Virus record (IMG/VR): IMGVR_UViG_3300033069_001366
Span: 47,108 to 111,107 of that record
Source of the DNA: a virus
Taxonomy: Duplodnaviria; Heunggongvirae; Uroviricota; Caudoviricetes
DNA length: 64,000 nucleotides
Reading direction: 5' to 3' (one strand)
Part shown: positions 18,642-30,100 of the stretch, piece by piece
Layout: every line of letters begins with the position of its first letter
Position numbering within the stretch: the first letter of the stretch is position 1
The notes under the pieces: generated by a model
What the model was told of the DNA's origin: nothing
What the model saw: only the letters and a program-made list of their open reading frames with translations
Database searches by the model: none
Translations under genes and position numbers: made by a program

Positions 18642-21600
18642 ATATTATATTTGTTAGTGTGTTTTAATCTTAAGTATCTTGTAGCTGGATTTCTTGAATC
18701 TGCCGAAACTTCATAATTATAGTTAAATACATGTGTTGCTTCAGGTATATCTTTAGTATTTAATAACTTATCCCAGTCACCTCTTTGTTTTGCCTCTATT
18801 TCAACAAACATCAATTGAGTGTCTAAACTATAAGGATTTAAACCATTTGAGGATGCAAATTTTAAAAAGTTATTTTTTCTTTCGCCTTTCCATTGAGCAA
18901 CTCCATAAGCCTTATCTTTTAAGTTATTGTCTCCAGTTGTTTCAAAAGATATAACATCATCTCTAAAATTTCCAGATTCTTGTATTAAATTATTAACAAC
19001 TCCTGCAGCCTGATGAGATGCTAATCCTCTAGATTTAAAAAAGTTATAAGCATATTGTGCTTTATTTTCCCCACCTCCAAATTGAGAAGCATTATAACTT
19101 TGAATATAATACTCTCTTTGTCTTTTTGCATCAGTTTTTTCATCTCTACTTTGAGCAACTGTATCTACCTGATTCCAAATAGAACCTACCTGCATATCGT
19201 CTTCTTGTTCTTGTTCTACCTCTTCATCACTAAATAAGAAGTTAAAGAATTCATCATTGTCATCTATTTGTCCACCATCTTGTAATTTTGTATATTGTGT
19301 TATACTTCCACGATAAGGAGCAACAGAATTTAAATTACGCTGATTAAGTATCTTTATGAAATCATCTGCTGCTTCTTTAGTTGGAAACCCTCTATCCACT
19401 CCTTGATTACTTTCATCAAAGTATCCCACCATATAATTCCCTTGAGGAACTGGTGGAAGTTTTTGAGTTCCAACACCTTGTAATCTATCAGGAAATCCAT
19501 ACATATTGTCTGGAGTAGTTATAGGATTTACTTTACCTACTCTTTTTTGTAATCCAGGTTGTTCTTGAAAAATATATGGTTGTACTGGTTTTTTATATAG
19601 TGTTACAAGTCCACTATTCCAATTATCTTTATCAGACATATCACCATATCCTGAACCTATTGGTGCTATTTTTGTGTTTCTTAAAGCAACTCCTTTATCA
19701 TCAGTAATCATATTACCTCTATTATGGGTAAAAGGTGTAATAGCAACTTTATTACGGTATTGTTCTGCTTTATTTGATTCTAAATTTAATTCTTTTTGAG
19801 AATAATTCTTTCCTACAACAAAATTAGTTTTACGACCATATTCCTCAAAAGTACTTTTAGTGTATGGGTCTAACTTAATATTTTCTACTGTAGTTACTTT
19901 GTTATTTGGGTATAGTAATTTAAGATAATTAGCATCATCTTGAGAATATGCCGTGATAGGTTTTTTAGTATCTAAACTATATTTTTTAATACTATTATAC
20001 AAAGCTAAACTATCATTATAAGCTCTAAGTCTTGGGTCGTTTTTATCTGTTACCGTAATAGGTGCTCTACCACCTTGTTGAGCTATTGGATATTCTGTCA
20101 CCTTCTTACCCTTAAATTTATAATCTTTTCCCGGTTCCATGTATTGAATATCTCCTTCATCTGAGATTCCTAAGAGAGGTTGATTTACTCCCTGCATTGT
20201 TATATCTGGAGAATTTATTTCCACCACCTTTCCCCAATTCTCTGGATTCCAATATCCCATATTATCTTTTACTACACCACCTTGTTTTTGTTTAGTAACT
20301 TTTTTAAATGTTTCTAACCAATTTTGAATAACTTCAGGATTAGTTCTAATACGACTTCTTACCAATGGATCGTATATACCTCTTTCCATTGATTTTGTAA
20401 TAGGATTATATGTAAATGACTTTAACCCTTCTATATCTTCTAAAGATTTTTCAACATTAGGTGTTATTGTAATACCCTCTCTTGGTACATTTCCTTTATT
20501 AATTACATCTCCTATCAACTCTCTGTGTTGGTCAAGCGGTTTTTTTAAAAAAGACTCCAAAGATGATTGTTTTGTAAATAAATGTCTACCAACAGGTTTA
20601 TCAAATAAAGTCCTTGCAGTAGTTCCTTTATATGGACTACTTTTTTTCCACCATGTTTTATCTCCTTTTATTTGTCCAAAATCATTATGAATAATCCAAT
20701 CATCTACAGGAGTGACAGTTTGATCAAAAGGATAATAGTTATCATATGGTGTGGATATGCTATTAAATTCAGATTCAGCAGCATCCGAAACATTATATTT
20801 TTTTTGTAAGTTTTTTATATGTTTAGAGGGATATTTATAATCTGGTCTTGGCATAAAATCATATGTAGCATCGTTAAGTCCAAAACCATTTTCAAATTCT
20901 GCCATATAGTACATTCTACCATCTTTCTGTAGAAAAGGAGCACCATAGTGGTTTATTATTTTACCTTCTGGAAAATTAGGTGTCCCTCTATATGATATAT
21001 TAGGAGCTATTAATTCTTCCTCAAGAATACGATTGGCATAAAGATTATCAGCTAATGTTTTATTCAGTTTACTATTATTCAACATTTTAGATAGAGTAAT
21101 AGTTTTGGGACCAGGTATATTAGAAAGAAGTCCTGATTCCATAGACTGAGCTATCTTACCAGGAACTTTAGAAATACCACCAATCATTCCAACAGGACCA
21201 AATCCTAAATTAGAAATAAACTCACGATTGGAAACCTCATTAGTCCAAAACTTTTTACTAAGGGGGTTAATCTTTCCAGAACCTGCCATTCTTCCCATAA
21301 GTAGTGGACTTGCTACAGCTCCAATGTAAGGAAGATTGGAATCAGATTGTTTAGCCTCATAAGGAGCTGTTCCTAATGCTCCACTCATATTACCTATTAT
21401 ACCAAAAGGATTTAACCAATCATCATACCAGGCTTCATCATTTTCATTAAATCTACCTTTACCTTCAACAGATTTACCAGAAACATAAGCTTTCTCTCTC
21501 CAGTCCATTTGGTCTAGAGATTTAGTTTCTCCTGTAGGGAATGTGAAGGTTTTAGATTTGCCCTCATTAAAAGCTTTAGCAGCTTTTCTCTCAGCTATTC

Positions 21601-24496
21601 TTTGTTTTTTCTCTTGTTCTTCTCTTCTTTTAGCTTTCCCCATAGCTTCTGTAGAAGCTTTTACATCTTCTTTCTTTTGTCCTGTAGTGGCTGTACTAAC
21701 CATTCTTTTTGTTACAGGATCAAAGAACATTATAGCAGTGCTTTCAGAAGCTGCTCTAGGCATTACATACTTAATGCCCACTTGAGCTTTTGGAACTTTA
21801 GATCCTTTTTTACTAATACTCTTTGGTTTCCAGTCTAGTCCATGTTGGTAGTAGGACATACCACCATTTTCTTGTTTTGGAAAAATAGATTTACCACCAC
21901 TATTAATATAATCTTCATATAGTCTAGCCTCTCCTTCAAGAGTAGAAGGATTTTCATATATGAGATCTTCAGCACCTACAAAAGACTTTTGACCTTTCTC
22001 ATTAGGTTTTGATCCACTTATTAATTTACTTTTTGGAATAAACTGCAATCCTGGATTAGACTTAATCATTTCATTCACTTGATTATCTACCTCTTGCTGT
22101 CTTCTTTCTTTTGGATTCCTTCCAGATAATGTTTGGAAATGATGATATTTCTCATGCTCAACCCACCAAGGATTATTTATGTTTTCTATCTGACTATTTG
22201 GATCATAATTAATTGTGCCTTTGCCATCATATCCATAGTGTCCTTCAGAATTTAATCCTGCGACATATTTAGGTTCTTGCCAATTTTCAACTTTTTCAGG
22301 TAAATATTTTTTATGAACTTTTCCATTCTGTGCACTAGGCATAGTCTTCTTAGCATAAGGTCCTTCAGAAGGAATACCTTGTGTACGTGCGTATGTAAAT
22401 CCTACAGAACCAGGAAGAGAACCACCCATTTGAAACTGTCCACCCCAAGCACTATTGTATTTAAAAGGAATGTCTGTATATCCTCCCATAGTTCCTTCTA
22501 TTCCATTTTGGGCTTTTATTACACCACCTTTCTTATGTTGCTTCACTCCATAATGAGGAAGTATAACATATTCTCCTTTTACAAAAGGTCTTTGTATATT
22601 TTTTGGAAGTATGCCTCTTTTAATTTGTTCATCTATTTCACTATTTAAATATTTAGCAATATCTTTTCCTTCATACCCATACCCTGATAGAAAACCAAGT
22701 GTATTCATAGGTCTATATCCAAGGAACTGAGGATCTCCTTTAGTGTATTTAAATACTTGTTTTAACTGAGGAAGATATGAACTGTGTGATGTATTTGTAC
22801 TTCCTGTAAATACATCTCCTGATTTAATACCTTCTGGTGCAAAACTAACTTTTTTAGAAACTTCTTTTTGCATCCTGTGCAAACGATGGTAATTTGTGGC
22901 AAATAAATTTCCTGAACCAGATAGGGAAAGAGAAGGAACTTTTTCAAGAACCTCTCCACTGTAGAATGGATAGTTTTGTGCTACATTACCTACAAAGTCT
23001 TCTAATTTATTACTAAGTTTATTTACTCCAAGATTAATATCTTGTTTTAATTGCATGGATAGAGGTATTCTAGAACTCTCTTGTCCTGGAATAATTGTTC
23101 TACTTACTCTTCCTGAACTAATTAAATCATTATAAGCTCTTTGAAATCTTTCATCTGTAATACCTGTTACATCAATATCTAAATCTCTTCCTCTAGATGG
23201 TCTTTGTAAATTTATTCTACCTCTTATATCAGCAAATCTAGCAGCTTTCTGTTGACCAAATCCTTCATTTAATAAATCTTGAGCTTCTTGTCTAGATTTT
23301 CTAAATACTTGTTGGAAGTGTTCTTCTGGAAGATTACTCTCCAAACCATATTTCATTTGTTCAGCCATTGAAACATTTGTTGCCCTAAGTCTTCCTATTT
23401 CCTGAACTTGCCTAAGAGCTTTAACATCCTCAGCAGCCATTCTTGGAAGATCCTTCTTTAGAGGAATACCAGCAACTCTTCCCATCGCTTCTTTTAAACT
23501 TTCAGCTCTTGGAATATCTATAAGTGTTTTTGTTATATTTTTTAATTGTGGACGAAATTCTGCAGCAAATGGTAATATACTAGCTGTATTTAATCCAGCT
23601 TGAAGATATTCTCCTCTTCTGATATTTCCTGGAATAGAAGCAGCAATATCTCCATATGCAAAAGGATTAACTATATTGACAGCATGTTCTAAAGGGTTAA
23701 CTTCCCCTCTTTCAAAGTTTTCTGGAATATCTTGTCCATGCAGTTTATATTTAAGAGCTGTCATGGGATGTGTAGCAATAGCCCATGCTTTAGATTTAGC
23801 AGATCTTTTTGGCTCAGCTTGTTTAATTTGTCCTTGTTTTTCAAGACTTTCCTGAATAGCTCTTTGATTAGCAACTTTACGTTCAAGTTCGGGATTTCTT
23901 CTTAGAACATCTACTCCCATACTTGTACTTTCAGATGAAGGTCTTGGAATTGGTTGCATCCAAGAAAACCCTCCTTTTCCTCCACTTTGCATTTTTGGAA
24001 CATATTTCCAAAACAGTCCTGTAGAATCTATGTCATACTTACTTTTAAAACCCTGTGCTTCAGGACTATTATACCATTCTAATTCTGACTTAATACTAGG
24101 ATGATTCGGAGCTTTTAAAAATTCTAAAGTTTGATTATCTACACTTGGTAAATGACCTTGATTATCAGGAACATAACCCAATTCCCAAGCTCTTTGTAAT
24201 CTATAGTCATTACTTTCTTTCAGGTTATATTTTTTCTTCCAATCTTCATAACTAATACCCCCTTTTTGCATTAAAGGAATTTCCATTACAGAATCTGCAG
24301 AAGGGAACAAGTATGGATTTTTATCAAATGGTATTCCCATTTTTGGTTTTCCAAACTTTTTACCTTTCTTCATTGGTTGCAAAAGTAAAGGAATATCAGT
24401 ATTTTGCATAGTGATATTATTACCCTGTATATTTAAATAAGGGTTATTTGCAAATGGTGAACCTTGACTATATCCAAGTATTGATTTTAAATCCAT
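18632..24496 (-). CDS. Very large virion or ejection protein (1954 aa) with a C-terminal lysozyme-like (lytic transglycosylase-like) domain.
   Basis: The C-terminal about 170 aa contain LIQESGNF...AYGVAQW, with a catalytic Glu-Ser followed by a GxxQW motif. The protein also contains the repeated peptide PIAQQGGRAPITVTDKNDPRLRAYNDSLALYN. Confidence 0.6.
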   Translation of the reverse strand: MDLKSILGYSQGSPFANNPYLNIQGNNITMQNTDIPLLLQPMKKGKKFGKPKMGIPFDKNPYLFPSADSVMEIPLMQKGGISYEDWKKKYNLKESNDYRLQRAWELGYVPDNQGHLPSVDNQTLEFLKAPNHPSIKSELEWYNSPEAQGFKSKYDIDSTGLFWKYVPKMQSGGKGGFSWMQPIPRPSSESTSMGVDVLRRNPELERKVANQRAIQESLEKQGQIKQAEPKRSAKSKAWAIATHPMTALKYKLHGQDIPENFERGEVNPLEHAVNIVNPFAYGDIAASIPGNIRRGEYLQAGLNTASILPFAAEFRPQLKNITKTLIDIPRAESLKEAMGRVAGIPLKKDLPRMAAEDVKALRQVQEIGRLRATNVSMAEQMKYGLESNLPEEHFQQVFRKSRQEAQDLLNEGFGQQKAARFADIRGRINLQRPSRGRDLDIDVTGITDERFQRAYNDLISSGRVSRTIIPGQESSRIPLSMQLKQDINLGVNKLSNKLEDFVGNVAQNYPFYSGEVLEKVPSLSLSGSGNLFATNYHRLHRMQKEVSKKVSFAPEGIKSGDVFTGSTNTSHSSYLPQLKQVFKYTKGDPQFLGYRPMNTLGFLSGYGYEGKDIAKYLNSEIDEQIKRGILPKNIQRPFVKGEYVILPHYGVKQHKKGGVIKAQNGIEGTMGGYTDIPFKYNSAWGGQFQMGGSLPGSVGFTYARTQGIPSEGPYAKKTMPSAQNGKVHKKYLPEKVENWQEPKYVAGLNSEGHYGYDGKGTINYDPNSQIENINNPWWVEHEKYHHFQTLSGRNPKERRQQEVDNQVNEMIKSNPGLQFIPKSKLISGSKPNEKGQKSFVGAEDLIYENPSTLEGEARLYEDYINSGGKSIFPKQENGGMSYYQHGLDWKPKSISKKGSKVPKAQVGIKYVMPRAASESTAIMFFDPVTKRMVSTATTGQKKEDVKASTEAMGKAKRREEQEKKQRIAERKAAKAFNEGKSKTFTFPTGETKSLDQMDWREKAYVSGKSVEGKGRFNENDEAWYDDWLNPFGIIGNMSGALGTAPYEAKQSDSNLPYIGAVASPLLMGRMAGSGKINPLSKKFWTNEVSNREFISNLGFGPVGMIGGISKVPGKIAQSMESGLLSNIPGPKTITLSKMLNNSKLNKTLADNLYANRILEEELIAPNISYRGTPNFPEGKIINHYGAPFLQKDGRMYYMAEFENGFGLNDATYDFMPRPDYKYPSKHIKNLQKKYNVSDAAESEFNSISTPYDNYYPFDQTVTPVDDWIIHNDFGQIKGDKTWWKKSSPYKGTTARTLFDKPVGRHLFTKQSSLESFLKKPLDQHRELIGDVINKGNVPREGITITPNVEKSLEDIEGLKSFTYNPITKSMERGIYDPLVRSRIRTNPEVIQNWLETFKKVTKQKQGGVVKDNMGYWNPENWGKVVEINSPDITMQGVNQPLLGISDEGDIQYMEPGKDYKFKGKKVTEYPIAQQGGRAPITVTDKNDPRLRAYNDSLALYNSIKKYSLDTKKPITAYSQDDANYLKLLYPNNKVTTVENIKLDPYTKSTFEEYGRKTNFVVGKNYSQKELNLESNKAEQYRNKVAITPFTHNRGNMITDDKGVALRNTKIAPIGSGYGDMSDKDNWNSGLVTLYKKPVQPYIFQEQPGLQKRVGKVNPITTPDNMYGFPDRLQGVGTQKLPPVPQGNYMVGYFDESNQGVDRGFPTKEAADDFIKILNQRNLNSVAPYRGSITQYTKLQDGGQIDDNDEFFNFLFSDEEVEQEQEDDMQVGSIWNQVDTVAQSRDEKTDAKRQREYYIQSYNASQFGGGENKAQYAYNFFKSRGLASHQAAGVVNNLIQESGNFRDDVISFETTGDNNLKDKAYGVAQWKGERKNNFLKFASSNGLNPYSLDTQLMFVEIEAKQRGDWDKLLNTKDIPEATHVFNYNYEVSADSRNPATRYLRLKHTNKYNIWE
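20007..20090 (-). repeat. Copy 1 of a roughly 85-bp near-identical direct repeat, inside the 1954-aa gene.
   Basis: aaactatcattataagctctaagtcttgggtcgtttttatctgttaccgtaataggtgctctaccacc is identical to 25702-25770. It encodes GGRAPITVTDKNDPRLRAYNDSL. Confidence 0.8.
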
Positions 24497-24497
24497 A

Positions 24498-27134
24498 TTA
24501 TTTTTTTTTATGAAATCCGTGATATTTTTTTAAAGTCTTAGCAAGTGCTTTTCTATGTGGTGTACAAGTTGATTTTGTCATTGGCGTACAATATCCTTTA
24601 TGTTCTGGATTAATTCCCATAAATCCACCCTTTTTCATTTGTAAACCTTTACCTCTTAGAAATTTAGAAAGTTCTTCTGGATTATTCTTTAAATCTAAAT
24701 CAGCTTGATTTACTTTTCCAGCAGCACCATCAGTTGGCCAAAATTGACCATCTTTCCAATAACCAATTAAACTATTAGCAGGGCCAAAAACTGAAGCACC
24801 ACTTTTTGTTGTATCTGGACTCATTTCTCCACCACTTATAGTACCTCTTACTTGTCCTTTAGGTCTGGTTACTATTGGATAATCTTTTGGTTCTTCTTTA
24901 TATACTACTGGTTGTACTGGTTTTTTATAAAAATCTTTTTGATATAAAGGTCCAGCTTTTGAAACACTTAATTGTTTATCTACAGGTTTTATTTTTTTAT
25001 TTGTATTATTAGGATTTTGTATTATTCTCTCTTGATTTTTAAAATATTCTTTATTTAAATCTTCTTCTTTTAAAATCCAATCGCTATATGCTGAAGAATT
25101 AGTTATTTTAGGTTTATAAAAGCTATTATATAAACTCAAACTATCATTATAAGCTTTTAAACGAGGGTCATTAGGATTGGTAACAACAATAGGGACTCTC
25201 TCTTGAGTTTTAGGTTGTGGTTTCTGATATACTACTGGTTGTACTGGTTTTATCAAATCTCTATCATATATAGGAACATCAGTAATATCAATTTTTCTGG
25301 TTTTATCTTTATTATTAGAAGCTATATATGATTCCCATTTTTGAGGTAGTATATTGTCACTGAATAGAGAAACTGGGGCTTTAGGGTCAAAATAGTAATC
25401 AATAGCTCCATCTAATATATCTCCCGATGAATAAATATTATTATTAACTTTTCTATATCTATTATTAAAATTCTTTTCTTGTTTTGGAGAGAACACTATA
25501 TCTGAACCAAAATTTGCATCAATAGATAATTTTTCCAATAAGTATTCATATTGTTTTGTAGAAAGGTTTTTTTTAAATTTCTCTATTCCTTGTATTAAAT
25601 TTGGAATATTGTCATTAGAAGTGCCACTTTTCTCTCTCTTTATATAGTTTGGATTATTTTTATAAAAATTATCTTTTAAAATCTGATTCTTGTACAAAAT
25701 CAAACTATCATTATAAGCTCTAAGTCTTGGGTCGTTTTTATCTGTTACCGTAATAGGTGCTCTACCACCTTTTTGAGCAATTGGAATATTAGATTGCTCA
25801 CCACCCATTTGTTTACTTACTTTACCACCAAATCTTGCATATAAGGAGTAATAATTCGGTTGAAAATCTTCAATGTTTGCTGGTTCCATTTGCCCAAGAG
25901 TACTATATTGATTATACATATATTGATTCTGCCTATTCATTTCTTTATTATTTGCCAACCATGAAAGTCCAGTTGTAGCTCCTCTTAACATAAAGTAAGG
26001 ATTAAAAGGTTCTTTCTTTTGAGTTTGAGGACTTCTTGTTATAGGTTGACCAACTGCAGTTCTTCCTTTCTGAATAGGATTTGCAGGATTCATTCTTTCA
26101 GAAAATTGGTCAAATCCTGGAATCATACTCCACCTATCTTCTGCAATTAAATCATTTTGTATTTCTTCTGGTATTTGTACTCCTGTATCAGAAAATTTTA
26201 CTTGAGGATAAGGTTGATTTATTTCAATAGGATTATCCCATAAGTAATTACCTTGTCTTCTAACTCCTTGTAAAGGTGTTCCATTTAATCCAATTTGAGC
26301 TTTTATTAGTCCTCCTTTCTTTTGATAAGAAGGTGATGAAAAATACTTTCCTAGTATTTTACCAATAGTTTCACTATTCTCAGCCTCTGCAACCTTCATT
26401 GCTCTAGATGGAATCCATGAATTAGGAATTGGAACTTGCATATTATCAATAAGTTGATTAACATGGTAGTCTTCATTATATAGTACTCTTCTAGCATCTC
26501 TAGATAAAGGAGTATCTTCTTCTAAAAATTTTTTATATTGTTCACTGGAAAAATGAGGTTCATAGTCAGGTGTAAACATTTCTTCATCTGTAAGTTCATA
26601 CACTTGTTTACCTGTTTTTGAATCAAGACTATGATAACCTAAATCATCAACAGCAGTTGAGAATCTAGGTCTAAACATTTTAGTAGTAAGTTTATCTAAT
26701 GCTTTAGTTCCTAAATTTGATAGTTTTGAATAAACTTTTTCTATAGGTCTAAAAACTACATTAGGTGTAATACCTGCATTAAACATATCAACTGCACTAC
26801 TACCCATTGATTCCAGCATACTTTGTCCTTTATAGGCTTCTTCTGGATTTAATAGATTTGCTACAGATGCACCTGGACCTAACATTATATCACGAAGAAT
26901 ACCTAATCCTTTTGGCATTTCAGCATTCATTGCTAGTTTACTACCATCATAAATCCTCTTTCTTATAGATTTAGTCTCTGGTTCTTTAACTTTTTTAGCA
27001 TTATTTAACACAGTGCTAACTGGTGTTTTATAACCAGTTGGATTTGTTAAAACATGATATGGCATCTCTTCCTGAGATAATGGAGGTACTTTATTTTTAC
27101 CTAATTGATATTTAGGTCTATATTTATTTTTCAT
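24498..27134 (-). CDS. Large virion protein (878 aa) sharing a repeated peptide module with the 1954-aa neighbour.
   Basis: Contains PIAQKGGRAPITVTDKNDPRLRAYNDSLILY and a diverged second copy VPIVVTNPNDPRLKAYNDSLSLYN. The C-terminus is Cys/His/Lys-rich. Confidence 0.55.
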   Translation of the reverse strand: MKNKYRPKYQLGKNKVPPLSQEEMPYHVLTNPTGYKTPVSTVLNNAKKVKEPETKSIRKRIYDGSKLAMNAEMPKGLGILRDIMLGPGASVANLLNPEEAYKGQSMLESMGSSAVDMFNAGITPNVVFRPIEKVYSKLSNLGTKALDKLTTKMFRPRFSTAVDDLGYHSLDSKTGKQVYELTDEEMFTPDYEPHFSSEQYKKFLEEDTPLSRDARRVLYNEDYHVNQLIDNMQVPIPNSWIPSRAMKVAEAENSETIGKILGKYFSSPSYQKKGGLIKAQIGLNGTPLQGVRRQGNYLWDNPIEINQPYPQVKFSDTGVQIPEEIQNDLIAEDRWSMIPGFDQFSERMNPANPIQKGRTAVGQPITRSPQTQKKEPFNPYFMLRGATTGLSWLANNKEMNRQNQYMYNQYSTLGQMEPANIEDFQPNYYSLYARFGGKVSKQMGGEQSNIPIAQKGGRAPITVTDKNDPRLRAYNDSLILYKNQILKDNFYKNNPNYIKREKSGTSNDNIPNLIQGIEKFKKNLSTKQYEYLLEKLSIDANFGSDIVFSPKQEKNFNNRYRKVNNNIYSSGDILDGAIDYYFDPKAPVSLFSDNILPQKWESYIASNNKDKTRKIDITDVPIYDRDLIKPVQPVVYQKPQPKTQERVPIVVTNPNDPRLKAYNDSLSLYNSFYKPKITNSSAYSDWILKEEDLNKEYFKNQERIIQNPNNTNKKIKPVDKQLSVSKAGPLYQKDFYKKPVQPVVYKEEPKDYPIVTRPKGQVRGTISGGEMSPDTTKSGASVFGPANSLIGYWKDGQFWPTDGAAGKVNQADLDLKNNPEELSKFLRGKGLQMKKGGFMGINPEHKGYCTPMTKSTCTPHRKALAKTLKKYHGFHKKK
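25702..25785 (-). repeat. Copy 2 of the same repeat, inside the 878-aa gene.
   Basis: About 69 nt identical to copy 1, then 2 mismatches over the next 15 nt. A diverged third copy lies at 25138-25200, with the first 18 nt identical. Confidence 0.8.
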
Positions 27135-30100
27135 CGTAAGCTTATTAACTTCTTGATATTTATTATTTTAAATATAAATTTATGTGAACCAGATATAGAT
27201 TTTATCAATCTGAATTTTGTAAAGTAATGTCTAAATTTCTTTCTTTGTTCTTCTGGTTTATCTATATTTATAGCTACTGGATTGATTACATTCTTATAAC
27301 CAGATTCATCTGTAGGGAATAAATGATACTCATTATTTGTAAATTCACCTCTATCTTTTGTTATATCCCAGAACTGATTTACTCTATATTTATTCTCTTC
27401 TTTAAAAAATACAATATCATATGATAAATTTGTACTCTTCTTAGGGTATTTTAGATTCTGTTCTGGATCAGGATTACCATATGAGAGATTTAATAATGGT
27501 GATATTTGTTCTGAATTATGAACAATTAAATTACTAAAGTTCTCATGATGAACATGAAATCTATCTCTTCCAAAGTTCTTATATTTGTATACTTCTAATA
27601 TGTACTCAAGACTTCTTATTATCTCTACATTTTGACCTGTAGCCGAAATAGGTTCAATCTCAAAAGGATATTCTACATCATAGAAATTACAAAAAGATTC
27701 ATATGATTCATTATGTTTCCATAAAGTTTTATCTTTTACAGAATAAAAGTGATTTTCCCCTTGAACAACTAAGTCTGGATGCCAGTCATGCCATGAAACA
27801 AATGCTTTATCCATTGGTGAATAAGAGAGTGTCCATGATACATCTTTAAAATATTTACTATCTCTTAAAGAGACTTTTACACCTCTAAAGAAAAATTCAT
27901 TGTTTTCACAAATAATTTCATTTGATACTGGTACAAAATCTCTTTTTGAGATATACAATGTTTCATAAAAGTTATCAAAAACTATTTGGTAACCAACTCC
28001 TGATATTGTATTTTCATCTTTAGTATAAGATGGAAAGTATTTATATAAGAATATTGGCATATAATTTTTGCACCAAAAAGATATTCCTTTCATTGAAATA
28101 TCATCAAGATTTTCTCCAAAAGAAAGTATTTTTCCTTGCTTTTCAGAGATATAAAATCTTCCAAACTGATTTGATGCAAAAGCTAGTCTACTAGATGATG
28201 CACCAAAATTGTTTGTCGTTGGCATTATTTCTCTTGGATCTTGAGCAAATAAACCACCATCCCCTATAGTTACAGTTTGTCCTGATAATTCTAATAAACT
28301 TCTACCCATTGATACAAATGGAGAAGCTTTTGTAAACAAAAACATTAATCTATCCTGATCTATAGGATGAATACCTGTTAATTTTCCAAAATCAGTTTCA
28401 CTGAAGTTAAAAAAGTTCAGAGGTAAAAAGTACTGCCAGTTGTCAATCTTCTGTAAATTGTATGCAGGAAGACTGTATATGACAGAATTTGGTTCATTTA
28501 CTGGTATAGGGTTTTTTGGATCAAAGTCTGACCTTTGTTGAGGTGCAAATATTTCGGTTGTATATAAATCAGAGTATACTCTATTTATTTTGAACTCCTC
28601 ATCAAAGTCAAGTTTATCTGATGCAAATATTTTTGATAATGTTTTGTTCTTTTGATAATAAAAAGGATGCTCACTTTCTTCTCTAAATGAAATATTGTAG
28701 TCAGCTTCACATATAAAATCAATAGCACAATTATTTGACAAATACATATAAGCATCATCTATTCTAGATAATGTTTTTCCATCCTTAGATTTTTTACAAT
28801 CAAGATTATGTTTATTTGCAGTTGTTCTATTAAAAGTAGAAAAGTTTACAGTTTTTAATGTAAATATTTCTGAAAAATCATATTTTGTGCTATCTAACCA
28901 ATATCTGGGATATCCTATATTTCTATAAAGTCTGTAATCATATTCTATTCCATCAGGGAAATTTGCGTTTGCAAGATTCTGATTAAAGAATTGCATCTTT
29001 TTTAAAAAATACATTCTTGCAATAATACAATCTCCTCCATATAATACTGGACTTTCTTTAAAATCATTTAATACACAAGAGTGCATAGATACAGGTGAAC
29101 TTGAACCAAGTCTACCATATTGATTTCTATTATTTACTTTGTTAGTAACATAGTATGCAGAACCTTGTGATTTTACTTTCTGATTAATATCATTACATAT
29201 TCCAAATCCAGATATTGTATTCCTTGAATTATCTTTAGTACTTGGGTCTATAATCTCTTTATTTAATTTTAAATATACCCCTTTTTCTCTTTTAAAGTTA
29301 TTAATTGTTTCATTATCAATACTTACAACTTGTGAGGGTAAATATTTCGATTGAATAATAGCCCTCCTTTTGTTTCCTGTTTTAGCAGCAGTAGATTTTC
29401 TAAATTCTGCTGATGCATTATATTGGAGTACATAGTCAGTATTTGCTGTAAAACCATTAATTATATCTAGAACCTCGTTAGCATATTTTATTGCAGTTAG
29501 TGCTAGTAAAGTAACAGAAATTCCTACGCTTCCAATAAGCTGTAATACTAATTTTATTTGTTTTAATAATCTTCCTTTTTTAGGAAGGTCTTTTACTTTA
29601 CTTAGTTCTTGAATTATATCTGCAATACCTTTAAAAGATAATGAAAGTAAAGTATATTGGTTTGATATGTTTGTACCTTGAGTTTTTAAATTAGATGTTT
29701 GAAAATTAAATCCAAAATTTATATCACCAACTGTTCCTGTTGTAGGAACATTCCCAAAACTAGCTTGATCAACAGATTCTGTAACTTGTTTATCTAAACC
29801 TTTTGCTTGATAAAAAGCTTCTAATGAACCAATAGCAAGAGCAGCCCAAAATGAAAACTGATTTAAAAGTTTTAATTTAGGATGATTTTTTACAATCTCA
29901 AACTGTCCAGTTATCTCTGCAACTTCTTCACATTCAACTTTTAGTTCATTCCCGATTGAGTATCTAGGTTCGAATAAAGTATGTGGTGAATAGAATGTAA
30001 AGGTATCTTTTTTATATTCAGAAAGAGGAACAAAATTAGTTTCTCGTCCACTTTTGTACACTGTCTGTTTTGCAGATATGTATACATCTGGTGATAAGTC

